Assembly: GCA_964016885.1 (NCBI GenBank)
Contig: OZ024741.1
Coordinates: forward strand, 345,340,001 to 345,404,000
Reading direction: 5' to 3'
DNA from: Eledone cirrhosa
Taxonomy: Eukaryota
Length of the DNA stretch: 64,000 nucleotides
Position 1 is the first letter of the stretch, and each line of letters begins with the position of its first letter. A program made the position numbers and the translations under genes. The notes under the pieces were generated by a model, which was not told the DNA's origin, did no database searches, and saw nothing but the letters and a program-made list of their open reading frames with translations. Below, piece after piece: positions 14,390-27,893 of the stretch.

Positions 14390-16400
14390 AGGAATATCTA
14401 CCTTATCTAATGTGTCTTGTCTTACTTTATGTTATGTGAAAGAGAAAGAACCGAGGAGGATTTGGCTGCTATTTCTAGCCTGTCAAGCTACATTATAGAG
14501 TGAGGACTACATTATTTAATATGTCATGTCCTTCGTTATATATGTTAAAGAGGGAGAACTAAGGGTGATTTGCTTGCTTTTTCTAGCTACGCTATAAAGT
14601 ATGACTACATTATCTAATGTCTCCTGTTCTTATATAAGATATGTGTGAGGAAACTGAAGGTGATTTGGATGCTATTTCTAACCTGTCAACCTACGATGTA
14701 GAATGAGGGTCACATTATCGACTGTGTCCCGTCTTCTCGCTATATATAACAGTATGGTGTGTGTAAGAGAGCTAAGAGAACAGGAGGTGATTAGGCTACT
14801 ATTTCTAGCCTGTCAACCGGCAATATAGTGAAGACTACATTATCGAATGTGTCCTGCCCTCTCTCTATATATATATAATAGTATGATGTGTAATAGAGAG
14901 AGGGGGGGGGACTTGGCGGTGTTTTTGCAGCTATTTCTAGCCTGTCAACATACTGCGTAGAGTGAAGACATTATGTAATGTGTTCTGTCCTTATATAAGA
15001 TGTGTGGAAGAGCTGATTGAGATGTGGGTGTTGTTTCTAGCCTGTTTAGTGACCAAGTAGAGCTTTCTTACTTGGCTTGTGTCTACCTCGTATATGGCAA
15101 GGTTTAAAGATGACCTTTGGCCAATGTCATTCCAGTTGTGACCTTCCCGCCTTAATTTCATATATGTGTATTCAAGACCGCAATATCTTAACGTATCACT
15201 CCTCGAGACAGTAGATGTTATTTGGAAGGAGACTTTGCTGTTGCTTTTAGCAGACCGAGGGACCTCACAGACTCTCATTCGTGGTTCGATTTGGAAGTAG
15301 ATCACTTGTTGGCTCAATTTAGAAGGAGAATTGGCTGCAGTTTCTAACATGTAGGGCGACCACATACAGACATCCTCGTTGACTCAATTTTAAGGAAGAC
15401 TTAGCTGCTGGTTTACCAGGTCTACTGACCACACAGGGATTTCTGAAGATTTGGTTGCTATTTCCTATCACACCAGGTAACCACTGATCCAAGACTTATG
15501 ATCAAATGTATTTCAACTGTGGCTACCGTGTCTTTTCCATCGCTACATTATCCAATGTGCCCTGTTCTTATTTAAGACAATAAGGTATATGAGGGACAAT
15601 TGGTTGTTATTTGCAGCAAAGCAAGAGACCATGTAATAGCTTCTTCGTAGTTAGTGTTATTGGTTTACATATATAGTTGGTGACAATGTCGTCATCATTG
15701 CCTCAGGTCTGCTTTGATTCAGTAGATCTATCTATAATCAAATGTATTTTGACTAAGCACAGCGCAAACCGTCATTTTTATTTTTTTTTTTTTTTTTAAA
15801 AAAGGTTATATTTAAGAGAATTTTGCTGCTATTTCTAGCAGGTTGAACGGCTGTATATAGATGCTCGTTGTCGTAATTGTATGTTTGCTGATGGAGATAA
15901 TTGTGGTGGCTGTAATGATACTACTACAACTAGTAGTTGTTGTTGTTGTGATAATTGTATGTGGTAGTTGTAAATGTTATTTAGCACCAGATCAACTTAT
16001 CAAACAGACAAATGGGTTCAAAAAATCAAAAAGAAAAAGATTCCAGCATTCACCATACTGTCTTTATATGACTAAATCTAAATTATCTATTTCCTTTCCT
16101 TATTTAAAACAGTATGGAGTGATTTGAGAGATCTCTGGCTGCTACTTCTATTGTAGTTGTAACATTGGTTATAATAGTAATGGTGTTGGCAGTGGTGATT
16201 TGAGAGACGTCTGGCTGCTATTTCTAGCAGTTAGTAGTGCATAAGAGGTATGGTAGCAGTGATTTGAGAGACATCTGGCTGCTATATCTAGCAGGTAGTA
16301 GTGCATAACAGAAAGTTGTAACATTGATTTTAATAGTATTGATGTTGGTAACAGTGATTTGAGAGACATCTGGCTGCTATTTCTAGCAGGTACATAAGAG
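14390..16400. repeat. Degenerate dispersed/tandem repeat with core GATTTGGCTGCTATTTCTAGC
   Basis: Core recurs at roughly 110-130-bp spacing over ~14460-15050 and again at ~15330-16390. Confidence 0.6.
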
Positions 16401-16434
16401 GTAGTTGTAACATTGGTTATAATAGTAATGGCGT

Positions 16435-18695
16435 TCATCACCATCATCGTTTAACGTCCATCTTCCACGCTTGCATGGGTTTGGACGGGAATTTTCCCAC
16501 TTGAGGCAAGATTGGTTGTCTTGCTCGTATAGGACTGTCTGGCGGGTTTTCTACGGCTGGATGCCCTTCCTAGCACTAACCACGTTTACAGTGTGGACTG
16601 GGAGGTTTTTACCGTGTTACCTACACAACCACATTACAGCGTGGACTGTGTTTTTTGTTTTTGTTTTTTTGTCGTGACACCTACACGACCTCATTTATTT
16701 CGGACTGGATGTTGTGGTACCAACATAACCTTTACATCGACGAAAGGGGGGGTATTTTTGTTAAGCGGTGCCTACTCACTGTAGGTTTCGCTTTGTACTT
16801 AGGCAAGGCGGGTCTTCTGTATTATTGTGTAGCGCCAAAGATCTCGGTCCAGTGACATTGTCTTGGAGAGGTGTAAGTGTGTAAGGTCGGAATTTATCAA
16901 GTCGTCCCAGGTTTTTCTGGGTCTGCCTACTCCGTGGCTACCGTCTATTTTTGTCGCCCTGCACTTTTTTATACAGCTGTCGTCTTTCATGCGCATCACG
17001 TGACCATACCAACGTAGTCTTCTCTCGAGTAAACAGCATCTGATCCCTCTTATTCCTAATTTCTCCCTTAGTTCATTTATGCTTTGCCGTTCACGTATAT
17101 TACTATTACACATCCAATGGAGTATGCAAGCTTCGTTCCTCTCCAGTCTGCGTATATCCTCTGCACACAATGCCCAAGTCTCCCTGCCATGTAACATTGC
17201 TGTTCGTATGCAGGCATCATACAATCTGCCTTTCATTTTTAGAGAGTAACCTTTAGTGGCCAATAGTGGTATAAGCTCTCTGAACTTTTCCATCCCGTTC
17301 TGACTCTAGCTACTGTACTTTCAGAGCACCCTCCACCACTGCTGATTTTGTCACCCAGGTAACGGAAAGTGTCCACTATTTCTATAGAACCATCTGTGCA
17401 ATGGATCTATATTCTTAGTTAGCTTACCTGTGATCCCACTACATCTTTTATGCACCCATACTTTGCATTTGGGACATAAAATGGAGTTTCTGCCTACTCC
17501 TTTCCTACACACTGAGCATGGCCACTTCCCGGAGGGGACCGCCGCCTTATTTTCTTTCTTACAAACTAGAACTTTAGTCTTAGCCAGGTTAATTTTAAGG
17601 CCTTTTGATTCTAGGCCATGCTTCCATGTTTGGAATTTCTTCTCTAGTTCAGCTATGAGCGTTAGATCATCTGCGTATAGGAGTTCCCATGGGCAGCCGG
17701 TCTTGAACTCCTCTGTTATAGCCAGAAGGGCAATAATAAATAGGAGGGGGATAAGGACGGAGCCCTGATGAACACCAACTTTTACGCTAAACTCTTCACT
17801 ATATTCGTTGTTAATTCTAACCTTGCTGACCGTTTCTTTATACATGGCTTGTATAGCTCTCACAAGCCATTCAACACCTAGTTTTCTGAGAGCCCACCAG
17901 ATAATGGGGCGTGGGACTCTGTCCAAGTCAACAAAAGCTAAGTATAGGGGTTTACTTTTAGCTAGGTACTTCTCCTGTAGTTGTCGTACAATGAAAAGAG
18001 CGTCTGTGGTACTTTTACCTGAACTGCATTTCATCTAGATCAATTCGCTTTCTGATTAGTTGCGCTATTACTTTTTCTGTGACCTTCATGACCTGGTCAA
18101 TTAATTTAATGCCTCTCTAGTTTCCCCTATCTAGGGCATCTCCTTTACCCCTGTAGCAGTTAATGATGTTGCTGCTACGCCAGTCCTTCGGAACGACCCC
18201 ATTCTGTATGACTTGGTTTACTATCCGGGACACCATAGTGTGTCCCACCGTTCCAGATGCTTTCAGCATTTCAGCAACTATTTCTGAAAGCCCAGCCGCC
18301 TTGCCAGTCTTCATATCCTTGATCGCCTTACTTATTATACTACCTTCAACTTGCACTGCTGGTCCCTCTATTGGATCGATGTGGGGGAGACTGTCTTTCT
18401 CCCATTTATTCTCCTCATTTAGTAGCCTTTCGTAGTGACACTTCCAAGCTACCTTCTTATCAGCGTCAGTGATGGCAAGTACACCATCATCATTAAGGAC
18501 ACACTTCTCCGACAATATCACGGTTTTCCTTGACACATTGCCAAGCAATCCTGAACACCTCACGTTTTTGGTCCTCGCGTTGTAGAACATGCTTGAACTT
18601 TCTTTCCTCTGCTTCCCTTCTTACGAAGTACACTTGTCTCCTAGCTTCCCGCCTGGCCACTAGATAGTCTTCTCTACTTCCCCCATCCCGCCATA
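16435..18695 (-). mobile_element. Degenerate RTE-clade LINE (RT and 3' end)
   Basis: ORFs 18117-18590 (KAAGLSEIVAEMLK), 17351-18034 (STTDALF..LAFVDL..GVHQGSVL..LLYADDL) and 16799-17293 (RRLRWYGHVMR..GRPRKTW); 3' end GGACGTTAAACGATGATG on the - strand. Confidence 0.92.
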
Positions 18696-19767
18696 CTTGG
18701 TAGTGGTAATTTAAGAGACATCTGGCTGCATCTTCATTCTTGGTGGTTTGGTGATAGTGTATGGATGGTAGTATTGTAGTAAAGATAGTGTTATGGTGTT
18801 GATATTGTAGTAGGCTTGATAGTGTAGTATTGATGATTGTGTTGTAGGGGTGATAGAGTTACAATGGTTGTATAAGTGCTTTTGCAGTAGTGGTGACAGA
18901 TGCAGAAAATTGGCAGAGTCATTAGAACATTAGATAGAATGCTTTGCAGTATTCATTCCGGCTCCCTGCATGCTGAGTTCAAATCCCACTGATGTCAACT
19001 TTGCCTTTCAACCTTCAAGATTGATAAAAAGAAAAAATACCAGTTCAATACTAGGATCAATTCATTCTCTCTCTAACCCCCCCCCCCCCACCTTCTCTGG
19101 AAGAAATCAGCTGTATTCAGAACTGGAAGAGGAGATGGGCTTCACCAGGAACTATGTGTTCACCCTGTTTATCCACACATACATACAGTAATGATGATAG
19201 TATAGTTGAGGTGATAGAAGGGTTGTGATGCCACTGATGTTTGTAATGATAGAATCATAAGTAGAGTTTATACTAGTCATGAGCTTACGGCCTGTTTGGC
19301 TTTCTGAATGGCAAGCCGAATTTCAAAATTCGCTTTGAATCTTTTAGTAGTGCAGTCTGCCTTATTGTGAGCCTCATCCTATGTGACTCACTGCTTGAAA
19401 AAGGTTGTACATGCCTGGTCTATATGCATCAGAGAGGCTAAACAACAATACAAACCAATGTCTTTTGGTACATAGATATAAGACCTTTTTGTGCCAACAA
19501 CGTATCCGGCATGTAGTACGAAACACTAGCAGTTTTCATGTAATTAGCAATCTTATTGTAATTTACTTACAACCTTGAGTAATTTAGTTTTTAATTTTGA
19601 TTTATCGCATTTCCTGCCGTTGAAGACGCTACTTTTTCCCTAAAATCTCAAAAATCTACCATGCATCCTCGAGAACGAAGCATCTTTGGCGCGCTACCTT
19701 TTATTTTAGATTATTTAATTTGTTTAATTAATGAGTGTTGAACTTAGTGTCTTGAGAGTTTAATTAA

Positions 19768-20085
19768 CCCTTTAGCATTTACATTGGCAGTATCGGTAGA
19801 GGGTCAGACATGCTTCCCAGCATCGTTACGTCCCTTTACGATCTGAGTTCAAATCCTGCCGAGGTTAACTTTGCCTTTCATCCTTACGGGGTCGATAAAA
19901 TAAAGTACCAGTAATGTACTGGGATATTTGCTGGCCTTGTGCCAAAAGTAGAAACAATTACTCTATATTTACTATTATATCTTCACGGTCGAATCTATGA
20001 GATTTTTATATTTATTTTGAGGGCCAGTTACAGCTGGTTTGAACAGAAAGGTGTGAGTATTCTGACTGGGTTAAATGCTAAAGAG
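19768..20085. mobile_element. piggyBac-type MITE carrying a SINE insertion (~19784-19960)
   Basis: TTAA|CCCTTTAGCATTTA ... TAAATGCTAAAGAG|TTAA; internal sequence matches the SINE. Confidence 0.75.
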
Positions 20086-20303
20086 TTAAATTGTTAATTC
20101 TTAAGATGTTCAGTTGTTTTTATTTGCTTATTAAATTCACTTCTTTTTAGGCATTGATTAATTGTTAACTGCAGATGCTTCGTCTTTATAAGTAGAATTT
20201 CAGTTGAGTTTAATTTTAGTTCTGTTTAAATGAGTTATGTTGGCCAAGATCACATAATAAAAACCCAGTCCATTTAACTGTAAATCTTAAATATGAATTT
20301 TAA

Positions 20304-20508
20304 CCCTTTAACATTTACATTACGCTATATTCATTATTGTATTTTTGTGGTAAAGGCTTTACCTCGCATAATATCGCATTTATGAGATTTTGATGTTATT
20401 TATTTTGAAAACAAATCCTTAACGTCAATATGACCGACCAATTACAGCCAGTTTGAACAGAAAGTGAGAGAATTCTGGCCAGATACGGCCAGTTGAACTA
20501 CTAAAGAG
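20304..20508. mobile_element. piggyBac-type MITE
   Basis: TTAA|CCCTTTAACATTTAC ... CTAAAGAG|TTAA; reverse-oriented relative at 41012-41236. Confidence 0.7.
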
Positions 20509-22239
20509 TTAAGGTAGCATAAATAATCATTGGACTGTAGTCGAGCTGGCACCCTATCTGCAAAACTAGTTTCTTTTTATATATCTACCCCCAGTAGTAT
20601 AACTAACTAATCATTGTTGTTAACTGAGAAATGTATTCTAATCATAACCATACTATATTCATAGGCTGACCAAGATACTCTCATGAAATGACCAAATAAG
20701 GTTTATTTTTCAACATCCACGGAAAGAAACAATGCAGTTATTAATAAGAAGCGTTGAAATTAATGTATGCAAGATTTCACAGCTCTAGCATCAATCCGTC
20801 AGTCAGACTGAACTATGCAGTCGACCCTCATATCGTTTTTTTCTGCAACACAGTATCTAAAACTACTTCATTTCATGTGTTTCTAATTTTATAAAATAGT
20901 GAGACAGGATTTGTAGATTTAGTTGCTATTTCTAGTAGGTCAAGTAACAACATTGAAACTACCTTGTTGGTTGAGCTGCAAAACTAATAAGAATTTTGCT
21001 AGCTTAGAATGCTAAGCCCCCAATAGGCTTTTATTTTCAAGGGATGATGCTTAGCCTTAGCTTGTTTCATGGTGTGAAGCAGATGAGATTATTTGCTATT
21101 ACTGGATAAACACTAATCTACCTGAGCTGCTACATTGTCCTTTAACCTGCTAGAAACAGTAGCTAAATCATATTCTACCATCTTAGAACACGGACAAGAT
21201 AGACACACCTTTGTTCAGGCTGCTTAGTCAAAAATGACTAGGGGCTAAATAACAGTAGTAGTGATTCCTAGTTCAACCTGATGACTATATGGCCAACAGT
21301 ACATCAACATTATATTAAAGATATAAAACCTTTTTGTTAGTTTTTTTTCATCACACACTAAGGACTACTAGCTCAAATGGGCTGAGAGTAAAATGCTGAT
21401 TTTCAGGGGGAGGAGTGGAGACATTGATATTCGAACATTTGGTTGACACCCTAGTATGACTTCTCAAAACCACATTGATTCTTGGGCCCTCACTATACTT
21501 CTCCCTAAAACAATAATGAACCAACAAGATAGTTGCTTGACCTGTTCCAAATAGGAGCTAAATCTCCCCAAAACCAATTCGTATCATCTTAAAAAACAAC
21601 ACAATCCTGAAGACAAAGACACAATGGTCACAAACAAAGCTGACCTGAGGATAAAAAATACATTAAAAAAAACATGAAAAAAAAAAAGTAAAGAAAACTA
21701 CAAGAATTCTGGATTTGTGAATAAAAATTTATTTATCTTAATATGTTTGGATAGTTACCATAGACAATGACAAGCTATATGTTCATATTACATGTGTATT
21801 GTTTCCAGTAGTGGATCACTTCTAAATTCTAAATTACAAACAGAATGTTTTAACATATCATTTACAAACAAATTATTGTATACACTCAAGTATATGCCAA
21901 ATATTGTATACACTCAAGTATATGCCAAGGAATGTGACAAAAAAAAAATAAAATAAAATAAAAATAAAAAAAAGTAAAATGGGGGGTTAGCTTACATATG
22001 CCACCTAAACAATGTAATGATTAGCTGCCTTGGTTTATAAACAGGGGGGAGAGGTGTACCAATTTCTCAGACATAAAATAGGGGGGGGGGGGGTTATTGT
22101 TCACTTACAATGTTTCTCAATGGGGCAAGGGGTGGAGACGTAAGGCCAGTGAATATTGAAAGAGAGGGGAGTGCCTATTTTCCATGTTTGCAAGGGTTAG
22201 ACAGGTTGTCCCATTATGAGACTAGCCTAAGATGTCTTA

Positions 22240-22550
22240 ACACGGACAGGAACCCCCAGCATGTTTGCCCTGCTCACAAAGAGACGCTTGAGTTGGTTGG
22301 CCATGTTAGCTGCATGCAGGATGGCAGAATACCCAAAGACATTTTGTATGGGGAACTTGCCACTGGCTCCAGCAGACCCACAAGAAGATCCATACTCCGC
22401 TATAAAGACATGTGCAAGCAGGACCACAAGGCAGCTCTTAAAGCGGTGGCAGCTGACTGCAGCAGCTGGCAACTTGCCATCAAGTTAGCCATTAAAAAAT
22501 CAGAGCAGAGGAGAGACGTTCAGTGGGAAGAAAGAAGAGCACGCAGATGT
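22240..22550 (+). pseudogene. RTE/BovB-like LINE C-terminal fragment
   Basis: GHVSCMQDGRIPKDILYGELATGS.RPT.R..LRYKD.CK motif. Confidence 0.8.
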
Positions 22551-23030
22551 CAGCTTGGAAAACTACATTAATGTGTGCCAAATCTAAATATTTTTGATAA
22601 ATTTTAATGCTGGCAGCCAAACCGAAAGATCCACTCCTTGTCATAAAAGACTGTGTTGAATGTTATGGGTGGTATTTTAAATCGATAACAACATACGTAG
22701 ATGCAAAACGACAGTCAGGCCATGACAAAATTGTGCACAAACCATATGCTATGCAGTCCTACTCTCAGTACATGGAGGGGGGGGGGGTTAGACAGAACAG
22801 ACAAGCAAATGACTTATTACATGCCGCCAAGTGGTGGAAGAAAGTTTTCTACTTTTTCAAAGTATGTTTCTGCAATGCCCTGGTCATTTGGAAAGCACAC
22901 CATTAGAAGGAAAGAATACAATGAGAGGTGTGAAATACAACTTCATTAAAAAAAATGATGAAGTGCAACAGCACAGACATGGGAGACATTATAAGATTCA
23001 GTAAAAGGACAAACCAAGCCAGATACAAAA
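22551..23030 (+). pseudogene. piggyBac transposase 3' fragment; duplicated at 41401-42125
   Basis: YSQYM.GG(V)DRTDKQMTYY..KWWKKVFYFF motif; near-identical second copy. Confidence 0.75.
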
Positions 23031-23053
23031 AAAAAAAAAATATTAGCGTTTAA

Positions 23054-24960
23054 CCCTTTAGCATTCAAAACGACAAGATTGTGTCCCCTTTCATTTATTC
23101 AAACCGACAAAAACCGACATTTAATACTACACGGAGATCTCCTAAAAATAAACATTGACATCATCGAAATCTCGTCAATTCGAGATTACTGCGAGATAAA
23201 GCCCTTACGCACGAAAATTAACTCTTAGTATAGTTAAAGAACTTGCGATAACACGTGTTTTTAACGTTGAAAGTGTAACATGGCTGCCGAAAGTAACGAC
23301 AACGAATTTGAAGGTTTTACGTCCGACGACATTCGAGATCAAAAAGAAACAAGATAATATCAGTGATTTATCTTCAAACGAATCAGATATATTTATTTCT
23401 GATATATCTGATGATGATGATAGTCACTTTGAAAGTGAAAGAGAAGATATAACTGACACCATTGAAAAAACACCAACGTTGTTGAAAGAAACAACACCGA
23501 TACAGGTTTCAGATTTTACTGAAAATATTGGACCACAACACATTACCACTCGATGCTAAAGCACTGGATTATTTTTTTTTATTTTTACCACAAACTTTCT
23601 TCAAAGTTGTGGCAGAAGAGAAAATCGCTATGCACAACAACAAATTTCTAATATCGGAAAACACGATCTGTTATGGCGTCCAACAGATTCTGCCGAAATG
23701 AAAGCATTTTTTACCTTAAATATTATGTTTGGTATTAAACAATTTCCACGACTGTGGAATTATTGAAGTACTGATATAAGGTTTGGTGACCCTTATATAT
23801 CTAGTATTATGGCAAAAGTAAAATTCATCAAATTAAACCAGTATTTGCATCTGGTTGATACTTCAAATGCCCCTGGTAGAAATGAATCAAATTAAGACCC
23901 ACTGTACAAAGTACGACCATTAATTGAAATGTTGTCAGAAAAATTTAAAAGTGTGTATATACCTGGAAAAAATCTTAGTGGTGATGAATCTATGATTGGG
24001 TATAAGGGTAGGGTTCATTTCAGACAGTATATGCCAGCTAAACCCACCAAATGGGGCATTAAAGTGTGGGAACTGTGTGAATCGGACACAGAATACTGTG
24101 TAAACTTTGATGTTTACACAGGAAAAAAACATAACGGAGAGAGAAAACATGGGTTGGGTTACGATGTGTGGTCGCTGACTCAACCCTTCCACTTTCAACA
24201 CAGACCTATATATTTTGACCGTTTTTTTTTCTTTGGTGCTTTTAGCAGAAGATCTTGCCCTTGTAAATACATACACCTGCGGCACAATAATGAGCAATCG
24301 GAAAGGGCTACCCCAAGAAATAAAAGTTGCGAAACTGAAAAAAAAAGGGGACATTCTCCAAATGCAAAAAGAGAACATGTTAGCCACAGTGTTCAAAGAC
24401 AAACGGCAAATTTTGTTCCGGAGTTCTAACCAACAATCAGGTGTTGGGGCTGAGGGTAGACCTTTAGTTAACCTCTCCTACAATAAATATATGGGTGGGG
24501 TTGACAAATCTGACCAGTACTGTGCTTATTACCCAGTTGGGCGCCCTGAAAAGAAATGGTGGAGATACATCTTGTGGTTTTTAGTGAATTTAACCATTGT
24601 GAATTCTTTTATTGTATTTACTAAAAGCCACAAGGATCCGCCACCACCAAAAGACTACTGTCATATGAAGTTTCGAGTGGACATTGCATCCCAGCTACGT
24701 GGAGGATATACTTCTCACAAACACAAAGCTGGGAAAAAAATCAAAATTAGCAGTGGTTCACAAAGAAAATATTGATTTTCACAAAGTGGAGAGAATTGAT
24801 GGTAGGAGGAAGGTTTGCCGATTGTGCTCTTTGCAAAAGAGAAAAACTGTTAAAGGTTACGCAATCCAAACCCTATTTGTGTTCCTTTTGCAAAGTGCCA
24901 TTATGTTTTGGGCAGTATCACGATAGAAATATTGTCTGACAATATTAAAAACAATATTTT
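23054..24960 (+). mobile_element. piggyBac (PGBD4-like) transposon with frameshifted transposase, right end lost
   Basis: TTAA|CCCTTTAGC left TIR; ATG at 23280; DESMI..KGR..FRQYMPAKPTKWGIK, YFDRFF, YNKYMGGVDKSD..KKWW and Cys-rich C-terminus. Confidence 0.92.
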
Positions 24961-25159
24961 TAAAATATATTCGCTAAAGGTACAGTTGAGTCGAAAGACT
25001 ACATCGTACCGTATTGGATGACATCATGGATAAAACCAGTCGGGAGGGAGGTGGAGAAATTTATAAGTATTTAGCGGAAAGGCAAACGTTGAGAGCCTTT
25101 GCGCTATAACTGTGTAATGTTACCTTCCCCTCCCTCCCGGCTTGTCTCCCTTGCCAAAA

Positions 25160-26174
25160 GTACAGTTCACAGCGCAGACAATATCAAATTACATTTACTG
25201 ATATAAATTACAGCGGGAAACATGACAATAGCAGAATTAGAAACATACTTAATGCCAGCAAGCAATTTCAGAGTCAAATCATGCAGTTACAAAGTATCTA
25301 ACATAATACCATTAACAGATGAATTGGGTACATTACAAGGGACTACAACAACTAACACTACTTTCAACACTAGACCATGGAGGATACATTATGTAGATAA
25401 CAAATATGCACTATTTCCTAATCAAACATGGAATATAAGTCATTTAAATAATAACTGGACACATAACATACCACTAACAAGAGAGGAAGGTAAATTAGGA
25501 GGAATAGTAAGTAATAGACAAATTAGAAAAGATTGGTGGCTCTGGCAAGACACAAAAGCTGCAACACCTACAGAACAATAGAAGAAATACTATCATATCT
25601 AAACACAGGCGACTTCCAATTCTTATACGCTGGCGATACAGCACAATACACATGGATCAATAGAACACCTAGTTGGTTTTCGCTTATGGGGTATTACGCA
25701 TTCAACACTACTTTCGAACTACCAACAATAAAATTAACTAACGGTTTACCTTGTGAAATAAATACATATTCGGGGGCGAAAAAATCACAATGGGCACCAA
25801 CAAAAGATGGGACATGGAGTAGAGATTTAGCAGTAGATAAAACTGAGGAGGAAGAAAATACGCGTAGATCACATCTAACACAGTTTCCTATAAATCCATC
25901 AAATCCACCACCAATAGCAACATTAGACTCAGTACCTATATTAGATTCACAAAATAACCCATCAAAGATATCATTTATGATAACGATAACTTATTACTCA
26001 GAAATAGATTTCAAATATATATCTGGTAGTCCTCAAACAATGGGTTGGATGGCTTGGGGTGCAGCTAACGCAACAATAATGAATTCAGCAAAAACTAACC
26101 TATGTAAATGGCCACAAGGTTTACGTAATTATGAAATAACGAGAACTGGTAAAACTCACCAAGCACATCGTTAA
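25160..26174 (+). pseudogene. VP: Endogenous parvovirus-like element 1: capsid protein, 5'-truncated with one frameshift
   Basis: FRVKSCSYKVSNIIPLTDEL..TTFNTRPW..YVD resembles hamaparvovirus/densovirus jelly-roll strands; paralogous pieces at 30400-30950 and 56380-56487. Confidence 0.8.
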
Positions 26175-26223
26175 AGTAGTATTACAATGTAACCATTTTC
26201 CATTTCAGAACGTTGGACATAAA

Positions 26224-27843
26224 ATGTACATGTGTATCTATCCTTGGATAGAAGAAAACGATTTTTTGGGGGATAAAGGTTTAATACCGATAGAACATTA
26301 TCAGCTTAATGTACATAAATATTACGAAGATGAAAGTAGAAAAGATGTATACCAAACCAATACTAACTACAAACTAAAAGAATTCATCCAATCAACGAAT
26401 GCAACCGTAATTTACCATCCGAAAAATAACGCACTTTGTCAAAAGAAAGAATGGAATGCCTTTAACCACTTCCACATTATATAGCACAGTATTGTACGAC
26501 CTGGTGAAAATCAAAAAATGAAATACATAAGAAGTCTCTACAAAAAAGCGACTAAACTAAGCAGATACATACCTGAATGTCAACGCATCAAATTTCCATC
26601 AAGCATGGCAAACTACTTCTGTCGACCACCAAGATACGTATTAATTAAAGGAAAAGATAGCATAAACGAACTATTCACCGATTGGTGTATGCAGGAATAC
26701 GTTCCTAAACCAGACTTAACAATCAAACCAATAAGTAACAAACAACCTACTGAGGAACCAACATTTAAATCAAAGTCAGGAACAACATTAACTCTGTTCA
26801 ATTACCTAACATATATCTTCACTTCAAAAAGATTTCGTACAGAACAAGACATGAAATCACATTGGTTACATAGACCAAACAATGACAACTTCATGCGAGC
26901 AATTTCTCATCCGATGTACAATTCGGTTATGAAAAAAGTCCTAGAATGCGAAAAATAAAAAAATCTAAATCAACCATTCAAAGAAAAATTTGAAAACATG
27001 CCATGGGAATACTTCGATAACAACAAGTGCTACATGGACAGAGACGTTTCTCTGAAAATATTCCCATCAATACTTCTTACTCAAAACATAATTGAATCTA
27101 CATTTGTAACAACAGTATGGGAATTACTGACACAGAAGAAACCGAAAAGAAACTTACTCGTATTAAGAGGCATACCGAACACTGGAAAGTCAATGATAGC
27201 AAGAAGTGTTGCTGACATGTTTACACATGTATCAACAATTCAAGGTATCAGTAGCTTCCCGTTTCAAAATCTGGTAAACGTTGAAATCGGTTTAATTGAA
27301 GAACCAAATTTCACGTTAGAAACATTACAAACTTTCAAGAAACTTGCCGAAGGCGTGGACACTGAGGTTGCGATAAAATTTAAACAAGATCAGGTGGTCC
27401 ATCGCACACCACTTATCACAAGCAACAACAAATTCGACCAAAACGCACCGCTGTCGGAACGAATTGCATTCATAACAAGATACACCGAATATCTATTCAA
27501 AGCAACTTCACCATTTTTGAAACATGTTAAGAAAAAATTAAATCCATTTATATGGAATGAACTATTCTATGAACGTTGCTTTAGTAACCTCATCAATGAA
27601 GATAGCTCATCTTCCGACGACAATCTTAATTTAATTTTAGATGAATACGAACGACTGCAAGAAGAAGACAGGAACAGATTTCGGACTCCGTCTCCTAATA
27701 GAAGCGGGGACACCGTCAGATTGGAGTGCAACGAAGAAGAAAACTCAGACTCAGACAAAGAAAACCAACCAAGAGAATGTGCGTCTAATGTGCGTACAGC
27801 ACAGACGCACATTAGACGTGGGCAATGCGACTGCACCTTATAA
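26224..27843 (+). pseudogene. NS1: Endogenous parvovirus-like element 1: NS1/Rep (HUH endonuclease plus SF3 helicase), disrupted
   Basis: NHFHII HUH motif (~26465-26481), motif III-like MANYFC, Walker A GIPNTGKS, Walker B LIEEP, FKKLAEG, motif C ITSNN, acidic/Cys C-terminus. Confidence 0.93.
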
Positions 27844-27893
27844 ATTCAAGAGCGGGCGCTGTATCACCAAATAGCAGCTGACACTCGAATGAC

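Noticed and set aside
14390-16400. Regularly spaced GGCTGCTATTTCTAGC motif resembling a CRISPR array
   Set aside because: The repeats are degenerate, the spacers are related to each other, there are no cas genes and the context is eukaryotic.
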